Below, piece after piece: positions 7,914-17,005 of a stretch of DNA of 26,343 nt. Below the pieces are notes generated by a model that was not told the origin of the DNA, did not search any database, and saw only the letters and a program-made list of their open reading frames with translations. The position numbers and the translations under genes were made by a program. Numbering within the stretch: the first letter of the stretch is position 1; each line of letters starts with the position of its first letter. Source of the DNA: an uncultured Anaerolineaceae bacterium (GTDB lineage: Bacteria; Chloroflexota; Anaerolineae; Anaerolineales; E44-bin32); contig CAYGCA010000022.1 in assembly GCA_964348265.1 (NCBI GenBank), positions 2,504 through 28,846 of the forward strand, in the 5' to 3' direction.

Positions 7914-8483
7914 TTATCGCCCTCGATACTTAAAGCAGCCCACTAGGTGATCATCCACCATCCCGACTGCCTGCATGAAGGCGTAGCAGATGGTCGTCCC
8001 GACGAATTTGAACCCCCGAAGTTTCAGGTCTTTGGCCATGGCGTCGGATTCTGGACTGGAGGATGGCAAATCCTCCCAAGTGTGGGCCGGTGGACCCAGC
8101 AGCGTCTGCCCACCCGTGAAGGACCAAATGTAGCTGTCAAATGATTCCACCTCTGAGAGCAGTCTGAGGTAGGCCTGAGCATTGGTAATTGCGGCATCGA
8201 TCTTCTGGCGGTTTCGAATGATTCCCGGATCGGCCAGGAGACGCTGGCGAGCAGCCTCCGTGTAGCCCGCGATCCGCTGGGGTCTAAACCCGTCGAAGGC
8301 GCGCCGGAAATTCTCACGCTTGTTCAGGACAATGCGCCATGAAAGCCCAGCTTGGAAACCGTCGAGGATGAGATGTTCGAACAAAGCAATGTCGTCGTGA
8401 ACGGGCACGCCCCATTCTTCATCGTGATAGGCGGCCAGGAGCGCTTCACCGGTTCCAAAGCAGCGGTTGCGCTCTTCAGCCAC
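7914..8483 (-). CDS. tag: DNA-3-methyladenine glycosylase I
   Basis: RC...YHDEEWG, QAGLSW, GIIRNRQKI, GFKFVGTTICYAFMQAVGMVDDH...C, including the Zn ligands C/H/H/C. Confidence 0.95.
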   Translation of the reverse strand: MAEERNRCFGTGEALLAAYHDEEWGVPVHDDIALFEHLILDGFQAGLSWRIVLNKRENFRRAFDGFRPQRIAGYTEAARQRLLADPGIIRNRQKIDAAITNAQAYLRLLSEVESFDSYIWSFTGGQTLLGPPAHTWEDLPSSSPESDAMAKDLKLRGFKFVGTTICYAFMQAVGMVDDHLVGCFKYRGR

Positions 8484-8663
8484 CAGCCGATCCCCTCAGC
8501 TGCAGCTCGACAAATGAGGTGGTCTTCTTCCCAGACATAGTATGCTTGTGGAAGCAAGCGTACCACAGATAAGGTTCCACTGGATGGCCAGTCCCTTCCA
8601 ACACCGGCTGCCCTCGCAAACAAAAGTGAGAGGCAGATCTGGCCCGCCTGGGAGCCTCAACCC

Positions 8664-9305
8664 ATGCGTCCAATGCTGACCGTCGCTCTCTCATTGCTGG
8701 TCCTGGTATCTGCGTTCATCCACATTCGGGCGGAATACCGCGGGCCGCGCCTGCATGTCTACATTTTCAAACCGCTAACCACATTTCTCATCCTGCTCAT
8801 GGCCCTTGTGTCGCCAGGGGCGACCACCAGCCTCTATCGGGGTGCCATCGTGTTGGGCCTAGCTTTCTCTCTCGTGGGTGACGTTTTTCTGATGCTCCCC
8901 TCGGACCGATTCCTTCTCGGACTGATCAGCTTTCTCCTCGCCCACATGGCCTACATTGGAGCCTTCTCGCTCGGGCTACCTTTCCAGATTACGCCTGGCT
9001 ACCTGATCCCTCTTCTGGTCTACGCCATCCTCATGTTCTCGATCCTCCAGCCACACTTGGGCAGGATGAAGCTGCCTGTGCTTCTTTACACCTTTGTGAT
9101 CGTAACGATGGCGTGGCAGGCGGCCGAGAGGTGGGCGGGGCTCGCGCTCCCCGGTGCGCTCTGGGCTCTTCTCGGGGCGCTGCTTTTTGTCCTTTCCGAC
9201 ACAATTCTGGCCTGGAACCGTTTCAGGCGCGGGTTTCGTCTAGCCCAGCTTATGATCTTGACCACCTACTTTGGCGCGCAGTGGCTGATTGCCCTATCTG
9301 TGTGA
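8664..9305 (+). CDS. yhhN: YhhN/TMEM86-family lysoplasmalogenase-like membrane protein
   Basis: Multi-TM protein with FKPL, SLVGDVFLML, FLLAHMAY, LFVLSDTILAWNRF and TYFGAQ motifs; GGGAG ribosome-binding site. Confidence 0.9.
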   Translation: MRPMLTVALSLLVLVSAFIHIRAEYRGPRLHVYIFKPLTTFLILLMALVSPGATTSLYRGAIVLGLAFSLVGDVFLMLPSDRFLLGLISFLLAHMAYIGAFSLGLPFQITPGYLIPLLVYAILMFSILQPHLGRMKLPVLLYTFVIVTMAWQAAERWAGLALPGALWALLGALLFVLSDTILAWNRFRRGFRLAQLMILTTYFGAQWLIALSV

Positions 9306-9370
9306 GATCTTGGGCTCTGAGCCCGTGGGTCGTTTGGACGCTCAAAGGTTGTGAAGGAGGTTTGTGGAAC

Positions 9371-9841
9371 ATGTACGCTTATCTAGTCCAGCACGCTAGG
9401 GCCAAAGACAAGCGAGAAGATCCGCTTCGCTCGTTGACGGAGGCGGGTTGGTCGGACGCGCGAAAGGTGGCCGCCCACGCCGCCGTTCATGCAGGCGTGC
9501 AGGTCGCACGCATTTGGAACAGCGGCAAAACCCGAGCTGTGCAAACCGCAGAGTCCTTGGCTGAGCAACTCAAGCCGCCGCTTGGGGTTAGGCAGGCGGA
9601 GCACATGGGGCCAGTCGATAATCCCGCGATCTGGGCGGAACGGCTGATGGAGATGGAACAGGACGTGATGCTAGTCGGCCATCTCCCACACTTGGGCAAG
9701 CTCGCCGACCTGCTCCTCACCGGCGAGGAGGACAAGGGAGTGATTGATTTTCAGAACGCAGGAATCGTCTGTCTCAGAAGGGTAGTGCAAAAGCGCTGGG
9801 CTATTCGCTGGATCCTAACGCCTGAACTCGTTTCGGAATAG
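9371..9841 (+). CDS. sixA: Phosphohistidine phosphatase SixA-like (histidine phosphatase superfamily), 156 aa
   Basis: YLVQHA, R.LT..G, SGKTRAVQTA and LVGHLPHL. GAAGGAGG precedes ATG 9371; the track start at 9113 overlaps yhhN and is unlikely. Confidence 0.85.
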   Translation: MYAYLVQHARAKDKREDPLRSLTEAGWSDARKVAAHAAVHAGVQVARIWNSGKTRAVQTAESLAEQLKPPLGVRQAEHMGPVDNPAIWAERLMEMEQDVMLVGHLPHLGKLADLLLTGEEDKGVIDFQNAGIVCLRRVVQKRWAIRWILTPELVSE

Positions 9842-9850
9842 CGGCCGGCT

Positions 9851-12241
9851 TCAACCCGTGGCCAGCTTGACCACGGTCACTCCCTGGCCACCCTCCGAGG
9901 GGGCGCCCGCCTCAAAGGCTTCCACGTATGGGTTGCCCTTCAGTTGCTGCCGGACCGCCTCCCGTAACCGACCGGTACCTTTGCCATGGATCACACGCAG
10001 CATCGGCAGCCCAGCGAGGAAGGCCGAATCGAGCCGTCGATCTAGCTCCTCAAGCGCATCTTCGATCCTTCGTCCTCGCAGATCGATCTGGAGGGGCGGC
10101 GCTTTGGGGAGCCTGGCTGAACCTCGGTCACCGGCTGCCTTCACGCCTGTGGGCCGGTCCGGCTCCGACCCCTCCCCACCGACGTGGGATAGTTCAGCCA
10201 GCCGGGCGCGAAGCCTGAGCCTGCCAATGAGGACCTCCGCCTCTTCGGCGCCCAGGTCTGTGATCACCCCTTCCGCGTCAAGCGGCCGAACCCGCACCCG
10301 GTCACCTGGCCGATAGACTCGTTCGACGGTCACAATCTCGGGCTCCGACCTGGGAAGTGGAGCCTCGACCTTCTCTTCAAGCGTCTCAACATCTGCTTCG
10401 ATGTCCGGGAGAGCGCTCAGGGGTTGACCAGCCGCGGCCAGGCGACGCCGCAGCCGGCGCAGCTCCTTGCGAACAGCCTCGAGTTCCATTTCAGCTTCCC
10501 TACGCGCCTGGGCAAGCAACTCCAGGCGTTCGTCCTCAATTCCTTCCAAGCGGTCCCTCAACTCGGTTCGCAGCGCCTCGGCCCCCTTGGCGGCAGCCTC
10601 AGCCTGCCTCCGGCCTTCTTGAGCGGCATCGAGTTGGCGGCGAATCTCATCAAGCAACCCATCCGTCTGCAGGTCCTCCGGCGCCAGCGTCCGGCGGGCC
10701 CGCTCGACCACGCCCTTCTCCAGCCCCAACCGCTCGGCGATCGCCAATGCGTTTGAGCGACCCGGCAATCCAATCGTAAGATCATACGTGGGCCGCAGAC
10801 TATCCAGGTCGAATTGGACACTGGCGTTTCGTACGCCCGGTGTCATGTGGGCGTACGCCTTGAGTTCCGGATAATGGGTGGCTACCAGGGTCGTCACGCG
10901 TCTCTCAAGCAGGCTTCCCAAGATCGCGCGCGCCAGGGCGGAGCCTTCTTGCGGATCCGTCCCGGCACCGAGCTCGTCAAGGAGAACCAACGAACGGTTG
11001 TCGGCATGCTTGAGGATCCGAATAATGTTGTCAATATGAGCTGAGAAGGTCGACAAGGATTGCTCGATTGACTGTTCATCGCCAATATCCGCGTACACAG
11101 CCTCGAACAGCGAAACCTGAGAGCCGGCCTCGGCTGGAATATGAAGCCCACAGCCAGCCATAAGGGCCAGCAATCCGGCCGTCTTGAGGGCCACCGTCTT
11201 TCCACCGGTGTTGGGGCCTGTAATCACAAGAGCATAGGTCTGCTGATCTAAGGCCAGATCGATTGGGACCACGGTTTCAGCATCGAGAAGTGGATGTCGG
11301 GCACCCAATAGCCAGAGCGTCGAGCCGGGGTGTGGGCTTTCTCCCCGCGGTTCGAAGGGTTTTAGGATCGGCTCAGAAGCTTCCAGAGCTTCAGCATAAC
11401 GGGCTTTGGCAAAAGCCAGGTCCACGCCGGCGAGAGCTTCGACGGTCCTCTGGATCGACTGCGCTTCGCGACCCACCCGCTCCGAAAGAATAGACAGAAT
11501 GCGGTGAATCTCATCGCGTTCGTCCAGCTTGAGTTCACGTAGCCGGTTGTTCAACTCGACCACTTGCAGCGGCTCGACGAACAGGGTCGCGCCCGAAGAT
11601 GACTGATCCTGGACTACCGATTTCAGGCGTCCCTTGAACTCAGCCCGCAGCGGGATAACGTACCGGTCCTCACGCTGAGTGATAATCGGCTCTTGAAGCA
11701 AAGGCGCAATCTTGGGGTCACCCACCAAGCGCTGCATCTTGCTCATGAGCCGCTCATGCACCACCTCAAAATCACGCCGGATGGTCGCCAGTTTCTCGGA
11801 AGCGCCATCCACCACCTCTCCACGATCATTGAGTGTTTTGGAAACTAGGTCGATGACGCCCGGGGCGGGCTCCAATCCGACGGCCAGTACCGCCATAGCG
11901 GGGTATTCGTCGCTCAGCCGTTCGAAAAGGCGCTGCAGTCTCCGAGCAGCTATGAGGGTACTCTTGAGATCGAGCAACTCAGACGGCTCGAGCACGATGC
12001 CCCGCGAGGCCGCAGTGGCACTAGAGCGCACATCTCTGGCGCCCCCGATAGTCAGCTCAGGGTTCGCAGCGAGGATCTCCCGGGCCTCGGTTGTCTGGGC
12101 CAGGCACCGCTGCGAGACTTCCAGGTCAGCGGCCGGAACGAGATCTCTGGCCATCGATTTCGACGCGGAGAAGGCCGCAAATGCGGCCAGCCGTTCCAAG
12201 ACCTTGTCGAGTTCCAGAGTCTCTAGGTCCTTGGCGTCCAT
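9851..12241 (-). CDS. mutS2: Endonuclease MutS2 (Smr-domain MutS homologue)
   Basis: ITGPNTGGKT, DIGDEQSIEQSLSTFS, LDELGAGTDP.EG, THY, coiled coil, KOW-like GDRVRV and Smr domain IDLRG...VIHGKGTG. Start is ATG 12241 or the in-frame GTG at 12244. Confidence 0.95.
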   Translation of the reverse strand: MDAKDLETLELDKVLERLAAFAAFSASKSMARDLVPAADLEVSQRCLAQTTEAREILAANPELTIGGARDVRSSATAASRGIVLEPSELLDLKSTLIAARRLQRLFERLSDEYPAMAVLAVGLEPAPGVIDLVSKTLNDRGEVVDGASEKLATIRRDFEVVHERLMSKMQRLVGDPKIAPLLQEPIITQREDRYVIPLRAEFKGRLKSVVQDQSSSGATLFVEPLQVVELNNRLRELKLDERDEIHRILSILSERVGREAQSIQRTVEALAGVDLAFAKARYAEALEASEPILKPFEPRGESPHPGSTLWLLGARHPLLDAETVVPIDLALDQQTYALVITGPNTGGKTVALKTAGLLALMAGCGLHIPAEAGSQVSLFEAVYADIGDEQSIEQSLSTFSAHIDNIIRILKHADNRSLVLLDELGAGTDPQEGSALARAILGSLLERRVTTLVATHYPELKAYAHMTPGVRNASVQFDLDSLRPTYDLTIGLPGRSNALAIAERLGLEKGVVERARRTLAPEDLQTDGLLDEIRRQLDAAQEGRRQAEAAAKGAEALRTELRDRLEGIEDERLELLAQARREAEMELEAVRKELRRLRRRLAAAGQPLSALPDIEADVETLEEKVEAPLPRSEPEIVTVERVYRPGDRVRVRPLDAEGVITDLGAEEAEVLIGRLRLRARLAELSHVGGEGSEPDRPTGVKAAGDRGSARLPKAPPLQIDLRGRRIEDALEELDRRLDSAFLAGLPMLRVIHGKGTGRLREAVRQQLKGNPYVEAFEAGAPSEGGQGVTVVKLATG

Positions 12242-12250
12242 CACGAGGGC

Positions 12251-12259
12251 AGTGTAACA
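12251..12259 (-). promoter_or_regulatory. Extended -10 promoter element (TGn-TACACT) for mutS2, probably leaderless
   Basis: The minus strand reads TGT TACACT GCCCTC GTG ATG. The -10 lies 6 nt before the GTG and there is no Shine-Dalgarno. Confidence 0.5.
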
Positions 12260-12342
12260 CGACATCGGGAGCAAAGGGGTAGGTCGCCCGGGAGTCCAGG
12301 GATGCCTAGTGGCCGGGAAGCGGATGTCGCGGCGACCGATCC

Positions 12343-14409
12343 CTAGAAGGACAACAGGTCTTCGAGAGCGGTCGCGATACGGTCGGCGGACGGCAGGACA
12401 GCCTCCATCAGATCACGGCTGTAAGGCACAGGCACGTCCGGAGTCGTCAGGCGTCGGAGCGGGGCGTCGAGGTACATGAAGAGCCTATCGGCCAAGGTGG
12501 CCAGAATCTCGCCCGCAAAGCCGGCTGTCCAGGTGTCTTCGTGGACGACGAGGCAGCGCCCCGTTTTGCGGACAGAGTCAAGCACCGTCTTCCGATCCCA
12601 GGGCACGATCGTGCGCAGGTCGATCACTTCCACCCGTTCGGGAAAGCAAGCTGCGGCTTCGAGGGCCGGAGAGACCATCGCCCCCCACGTAACCAGCGTT
12701 ACCTCATCGCCCAATGCAAGGGTTGCTGCTACACCGAAGGGAACCAGGTAGTTGGGGCCAGGGTCGGGACGACGGGCTACAGCGGCGTCGAGCAGCGCCC
12801 GATGCTCGAAGAAAAGTGTTGGGTCTTCGCCCCGCAACGCAGCCCGCATCAAGCCGGCGGTGTCGGCAGCGTTTGAAGGGTAAGCCAGCCTCCAGCCCAA
12901 GGTGTGTGCGTAGATCGCCTCGCCGCTGACGGAGTGCCAGGGATCTCCAATCGTCTTGCCGTAGCCGACAGGGATTCGAACCACCATCGGGGCGGCGAAT
13001 CTGCCAGCCGTGCGCCAGCGGATCGTGCCACAATCGTTGATCTGCTCGGTGGCCGGATCAGTGTACTTTCGAAACTGAATTTCCGCGATCGGAAGCAAGC
13101 CGGCCAGGGCCATCCCGACTGCCCGGCCGATGATGCCTTCTTCCGAGAGCGAAGTATCGAAAACGCGCACTTCGCCGAACTTCGACTGCAGTTCCAGTGT
13201 CGCGCCGTGCACCCCGCCTTTGGCTCCGACATCCTCGCCAAAGACGAGCGCCCGAGGGTTGCTCTCGAGCTCTTGCTCGAGGACAGCCCGCATGACATCG
13301 ATAAGGTTGAGGCGCGGTCCACGGCCGGCGGGTCTACCTGAAGGCTCGGCTTCGTGCCACCCTTGCTCAACCGAGATACCCCCCACCTGCTGCAGCTCGC
13401 CGTCAAAGAACAAATGCCTAGTGACCTCCGTCACATCTGGCTGAGGCAGCGAACGCGCCTCTTCCAGCGCGGCCCGGGCATCGCGCTCCGCCGCCTGGCG
13501 CAGGTCGGCCAATATGTGCGCATCGAGCGTGGCCTCTAGCGCCAGGAGCGGGTCCAGACCCTGCTCCGACTGCCTCTCCTCCTCTGTCTTGTAGGCCTGA
13601 TTGTCGATGAAGGTGTGCCCGCTCAACCGGGGGACCGTCATTCTCAGCAAACAGGGTCCCTGCCAGCCGCGAACATGCGAGACGGCGCGGGCGATCAATC
13701 CCCCCGTGCGGTCTGGATCTGTGCCCGGGCCGTCGAGGACAAGCAGGTTGCCGAAGGACTCTAGATTCGCGGCGATATTCCCACCGGGCGTTTGAAAATC
13801 GTTCGGCACAGAGATCCCATAGCGATTGTCTTCGATGAAGAAGAGCATCGGCAGCTTGAGCGTGGTGGCGATCGTCAGGGCCGACCAGAAGCCGTTCGCA
13901 GCCACCGAGCCGTCGCCACCCAAGGCGACCGCTATCGCTCCTTCCCACTCAGACTCACCCAAAACCTCTGCCCGGTAGCGGCAGGCCTGCGCCCATCCAG
14001 CCACGGGGGTGTACTGAGCGCCGACATCGCCGGAGGATGGCAACACTGTCGGTCCCTGGCGGGGCGGCATTGAGAAGACCACGCCCACGTCGCGCCCCTC
14101 GGATGGACTGCCTGACCGGCCCATCCCGGCAGCGAGGGCTTCCACCAGAGTCAGCCCGGCCGCCAGCATGAACGGGCGTGAACGGTAGTACACGCCGGCT
14201 GCGTCGTGGGGGTGATCGAGACTAAGGGCGAGAAGCACCTGCGCAAGTTCATGGCCTTTAGCCGAGAACTGATAGGGCACCTCTCCCGAGGGCGCAAGCT
14301 CCTGCTCCTCTAGCTCGTCGAGGGCGCGCGAGTTCAGCACGTGTCGCGCTACTTCGTCCCAATGTGGCCGCGCGCCTATAAGATCGGTTGACTTGATCTC
14401 GTCCGCCAC
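12343..14409 (-). CDS. Fused alpha/beta E1 component of a 2-oxoacid (probably branched-chain or pyruvate) dehydrogenase, TPP-dependent
   Basis: TPP motif GDG...EDN, RLSGH, then beta-subunit motifs FGEDVG..GGV, DTSLSEEGIIG, EIQF and VIDLRTIVPWD. GGAG precedes GTG 14409. Confidence 0.92.
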   Translation of the reverse strand: MADEIKSTDLIGARPHWDEVARHVLNSRALDELEEQELAPSGEVPYQFSAKGHELAQVLLALSLDHPHDAAGVYYRSRPFMLAAGLTLVEALAAGMGRSGSPSEGRDVGVVFSMPPRQGPTVLPSSGDVGAQYTPVAGWAQACRYRAEVLGESEWEGAIAVALGGDGSVAANGFWSALTIATTLKLPMLFFIEDNRYGISVPNDFQTPGGNIAANLESFGNLLVLDGPGTDPDRTGGLIARAVSHVRGWQGPCLLRMTVPRLSGHTFIDNQAYKTEEERQSEQGLDPLLALEATLDAHILADLRQAAERDARAALEEARSLPQPDVTEVTRHLFFDGELQQVGGISVEQGWHEAEPSGRPAGRGPRLNLIDVMRAVLEQELESNPRALVFGEDVGAKGGVHGATLELQSKFGEVRVFDTSLSEEGIIGRAVGMALAGLLPIAEIQFRKYTDPATEQINDCGTIRWRTAGRFAAPMVVRIPVGYGKTIGDPWHSVSGEAIYAHTLGWRLAYPSNAADTAGLMRAALRGEDPTLFFEHRALLDAAVARRPDPGPNYLVPFGVAATLALGDEVTLVTWGAMVSPALEAAACFPERVEVIDLRTIVPWDRKTVLDSVRKTGRCLVVHEDTWTAGFAGEILATLADRLFMYLDAPLRRLTTPDVPVPYSRDLMEAVLPSADRIATALEDLLSF

Positions 14410-14434
14410 AGTCGTCTCCCGCCCCCCGGCCCTC

Positions 14435-14440
14435 ATTATA
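14435..14440 (-). promoter_or_regulatory. Consensus -10 element (TATAAT) upstream of the E1 gene
   Basis: Perfect TATAAT 25 nt upstream of GTG 14409; no clear -35. Confidence 0.4.
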
Positions 14441-14534
14441 GCCAGATTGCATCTCTTTCCGGGCGATGGCCTCCAGGGGATGTTGGTGGAGGCGCCAAGA
14501 CGGAAGGGCTAATGACGATCCTAGGCTGCTGGCT

Positions 14535-14702
14535 TCAGTGGCCCTCTCCTGCATCCAATTCCTCCAGCAGCTGTTGGTCACGCGCCAAATTCCGGGTGCG
14601 AATATAGAGACTGAGAATGAAGAGCGCGATTGGACCCAGGATGGCAGCATACCCAAGGATCATGAAATTGAGCGTGTCCATTGGTGCTTCCTGCAAAAGC
14701 AT
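14535..14702 (-). CDS. Small single-TM protein, CcmD-like (55 aa)
   Basis: GGAGG ribosome-binding site, one hydrophobic helix (FMILGYAAILGPIALFILSLYI) then a charged tail. It lies directly after ccmC, the usual ccmD position. Confidence 0.7.
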   Translation of the reverse strand: MLLQEAPMDTLNFMILGYAAILGPIALFILSLYIRTRNLARDQQLLEELDAGEGH

Positions 14703-14761
14703 GTTCGAGCCTCCCATGCCTCGGTCACGATTTCATCGAGCGCCGGATAAAGAGTAGAGGA

Positions 14762-15463
14762 TTAGGTGGAGAGCACTTTCATCTTCATTTGCTCAATTCG
14801 CTCGGTCATGCGCTGCACTCGGATCCGATGCCAGAGCAAAGTCATGAACAAAATCGTAAAGGTGAGCAAGCTGAAGAGGAAGGTCTGGAGCATTTTGGGT
14901 GTCATGTCAAAACTGCCTTCTGCCGTGGGGTCACCACTGCCAATCACGACAGGGTGGATGGTCCGGAACAAGCGGATAGAGAGGAACGTGATCGGCACGC
15001 TGATGAAACCTACAATGCCATAAATGGAGCCGAATCGCGCTCGCCGATCGGGATCTTCGATCCCTTCTCGAAGCATCAGATAGGCGATATAGATCAGCTC
15101 CATAATCGTCGCCGTCACGAGCCTGGGGTCCCATGTCCACCAGGTGTTCCAGACCGGGCGCGCCCAAATAGATCCGCTCACGATATTGACAAAGGTAAAG
15201 ACGATGCCGATCTCGACAGCTGCGACCGCAACTCGGTCCCACCTCGCTTGACCCCGGATCAAGTAGATTGCGCCGGAAACGGCAGTCACCAGGAAGGCAA
15301 GTGCTCCCACCCAGCCGGCAGCCACGTGAAAGTAGAAGACGCGTTGGACCTCTCCCATAACGGCCTCGCGAGGCGCATAGAAGAAGACCATAGACAGCGC
15401 GGCGGCAAAGAAGACCGCGCTGATCCAGTTCAACGCTTTCAGGCTTCCGGGTGTCGCTTCCAT
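14762..15463 (-). CDS. ccmC: Heme exporter / cytochrome c biogenesis protein CcmC
   Basis: YFHV, WWD motif WARPVWNTWWTWDPRL and TIHP; GGAGG ribosome-binding site. Confidence 0.95.
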   Translation of the reverse strand: MEATPGSLKALNWISAVFFAAALSMVFFYAPREAVMGEVQRVFYFHVAAGWVGALAFLVTAVSGAIYLIRGQARWDRVAVAAVEIGIVFTFVNIVSGSIWARPVWNTWWTWDPRLVTATIMELIYIAYLMLREGIEDPDRRARFGSIYGIVGFISVPITFLSIRLFRTIHPVVIGSGDPTAEGSFDMTPKMLQTFLFSLLTFTILFMTLLWHRIRVQRMTERIEQMKMKVLST

Positions 15464-15570
15464 GGCGTTTTCCTCCGTTTTGTCTTCACGCCCAACTCAC
15501 AGGCTGGACATGATGGTCGGGCTGGTGAGAAAGGGAAAGCATCCAGCAACCAAACGCGCTCTTCCCCCGT

Positions 15571-16314
15571 CTACTCCTCAACGACATAATCGAAAACCAT
15601 CAGGCCCACTGCCACGAAGAGGACGTCGTAGACGATGATCAAGTTGAGCCACGGCCAAATCTCCTCCATCTCGAAGCCTTGCAGGAAGCCGGTACTGGCC
15701 TTTACAGCCGACACCAACACCGGAAGGACCACCGGGAAGAGCAGAATCGGAAGCAAGACATCGCGAGTGCGGGCCTGCACCGACATCGAGGCCAGCAAGG
15801 TCCCGACCGTCGTATAGCCGATGGAGCCCAACAGCACAACCGCCAGCAAGCCGGGTTGAAAGAGGTTGACGCCGTAGAGAACGCTGTAGGTCGGAAGAAC
15901 GATCACTTCAACGATCATCATGAACGCCAGATTGCCCAGCAGCTTGCCGAAGAACAGCGCGCTGCGATCGACGGGGGCCAGCAGGAGTCCATCCAGACAA
16001 CCGCTGTCTTTCTCCAAAGCCATTGAACGGTTGAGGCCCAGGGTGCCAGCAAAAGCAAAAGTCACCCATAGCACGCCGGATGTGATCGTGCTGCGGGTCC
16101 GCACGTCGAGCTCAAGAGCGAAGTTGAAGATGAGGATGACCAACAGCGCAAAGACCAGCATGGCGCTCAGAAGGTCCCGGCTCCTCAGCTCGGCGGCCAG
16201 GTCCTTCCATATCACCGCCGAGACTGCGTTCAGATAGCCCGCGATCCGGCCCTCGTTTCTGGCCGCCAGTGGCGCTGACACTGAATCGGTCGTGGTCCGG
16301 GGCACCTCAGACAT
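15571..16314 (-). CDS. ccmB: Heme exporter permease CcmB
   Basis: KDLAAELRS, LDGLLLAP..RSALFFGK and LLPILLFPVVLPVL, six TM segments; overlaps the ccmA stop by 8 nt. Confidence 0.93.
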   Translation of the reverse strand: MSEVPRTTTDSVSAPLAARNEGRIAGYLNAVSAVIWKDLAAELRSRDLLSAMLVFALLVILIFNFALELDVRTRSTITSGVLWVTFAFAGTLGLNRSMALEKDSGCLDGLLLAPVDRSALFFGKLLGNLAFMMIVEVIVLPTYSVLYGVNLFQPGLLAVVLLGSIGYTTVGTLLASMSVQARTRDVLLPILLFPVVLPVLVSAVKASTGFLQGFEMEEIWPWLNLIIVYDVLFVAVGLMVFDYVVEE

Positions 16315-17005
16315 TCGTCACCGTCTCATAGAGCGTTCCGAGTTCAGACCCCGCGATTTCCCCCCGCCCCACCGAGGCCGCGATAGAGCCCCCGGACAAG
16401 ATGTCGATTCGACTCGCTAGCGCCGAAGAGCGAGCCAAGTCGTGAGAGGTCATCACGACCGTCCGGCCTTGCGCGGCCACGTCTCGCAGGAACCCGTCCA
16501 ATTTCTCCGCCGCCTCTTGGTCAAGTCCGGTATGAGGCTCGTCGAGGAGCATGATCCTGGGGTCGTGTAAGATCGCCCTGCCGATCGCCAACCGTTGCTG
16601 CATACCCCGGGAGAATTGGCGAACGAGGTCGCGCCGCCGTACCTGCAGGCCCACAAGCGACAGGACCTCGTCAATCCGCTCATCCGGGTTCGGGAGTTGG
16701 TACAGCCGACTGTAAAACCTGAGGTTCTCTTCCGCTGTCAGATCTCCATACAAGAGGGGTTGATGGCCCACAAAACCAATCATGGGGCGTATATAGGCAG
16801 CATGACTCGGAAGTCGATAGCCAGCCACGCGGACATCTCCCAGCGTCGGGCGCGTCAAGCCTGCCAGAATCCGCAGGAAGGTGCTCTTACCGGCACCATT
16901 CGGCCCGAGGATGGCGACAAACTCGCCTTCCCCCGTTCTGAAATCAATTCCTCGCAAGACAGGCTTGAAGCCAAAGCTCTTCCCAAGTCGTCGGACTTCA
17001 ATCAT
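16307..17005 (-). CDS. ccmA: ABC ATPase CcmA
   Basis: GPNGAGKST, signature FSRGMQQR and LLDEPHTGLD; adjacent to ccmB. Confidence 0.93.
   Translation of the reverse strand: MIEVRRLGKSFGFKPVLRGIDFRTGEGEFVAILGPNGAGKSTFLRILAGLTRPTLGDVRVAGYRLPSHAAYIRPMIGFVGHQPLLYGDLTAEENLRFYSRLYQLPNPDERIDEVLSLVGLQVRRRDLVRQFSRGMQQRLAIGRAILHDPRIMLLDEPHTGLDQEAAEKLDGFLRDVAAQGRTVVMTSHDLARSSALASRIDILSGGSIAASVGRGEIAGSELGTLYETVTNV

Noticed and set aside
8541-8562. Imperfect inverted repeat TATGCTTG-N6-CAAGCGTA in the tag/yhhN divergent region; considered as an SOS or other operator
   Set aside because: It does not match GAAC-N4-GTTC or another box I can name, and is too short to support alone.
14461-14524. GGCGATGG...GCTAATGAC resembling a fluoride riboswitch, with a GCCTCCA/TGGAGGC stem
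   Set aside because: The P1 partner (TTCGCC) and pseudoknot complement are missing, it is on the strand opposite to the genes, and no fluoride-related gene is adjacent. The stem has no U-tract, so it is not called a terminator either.
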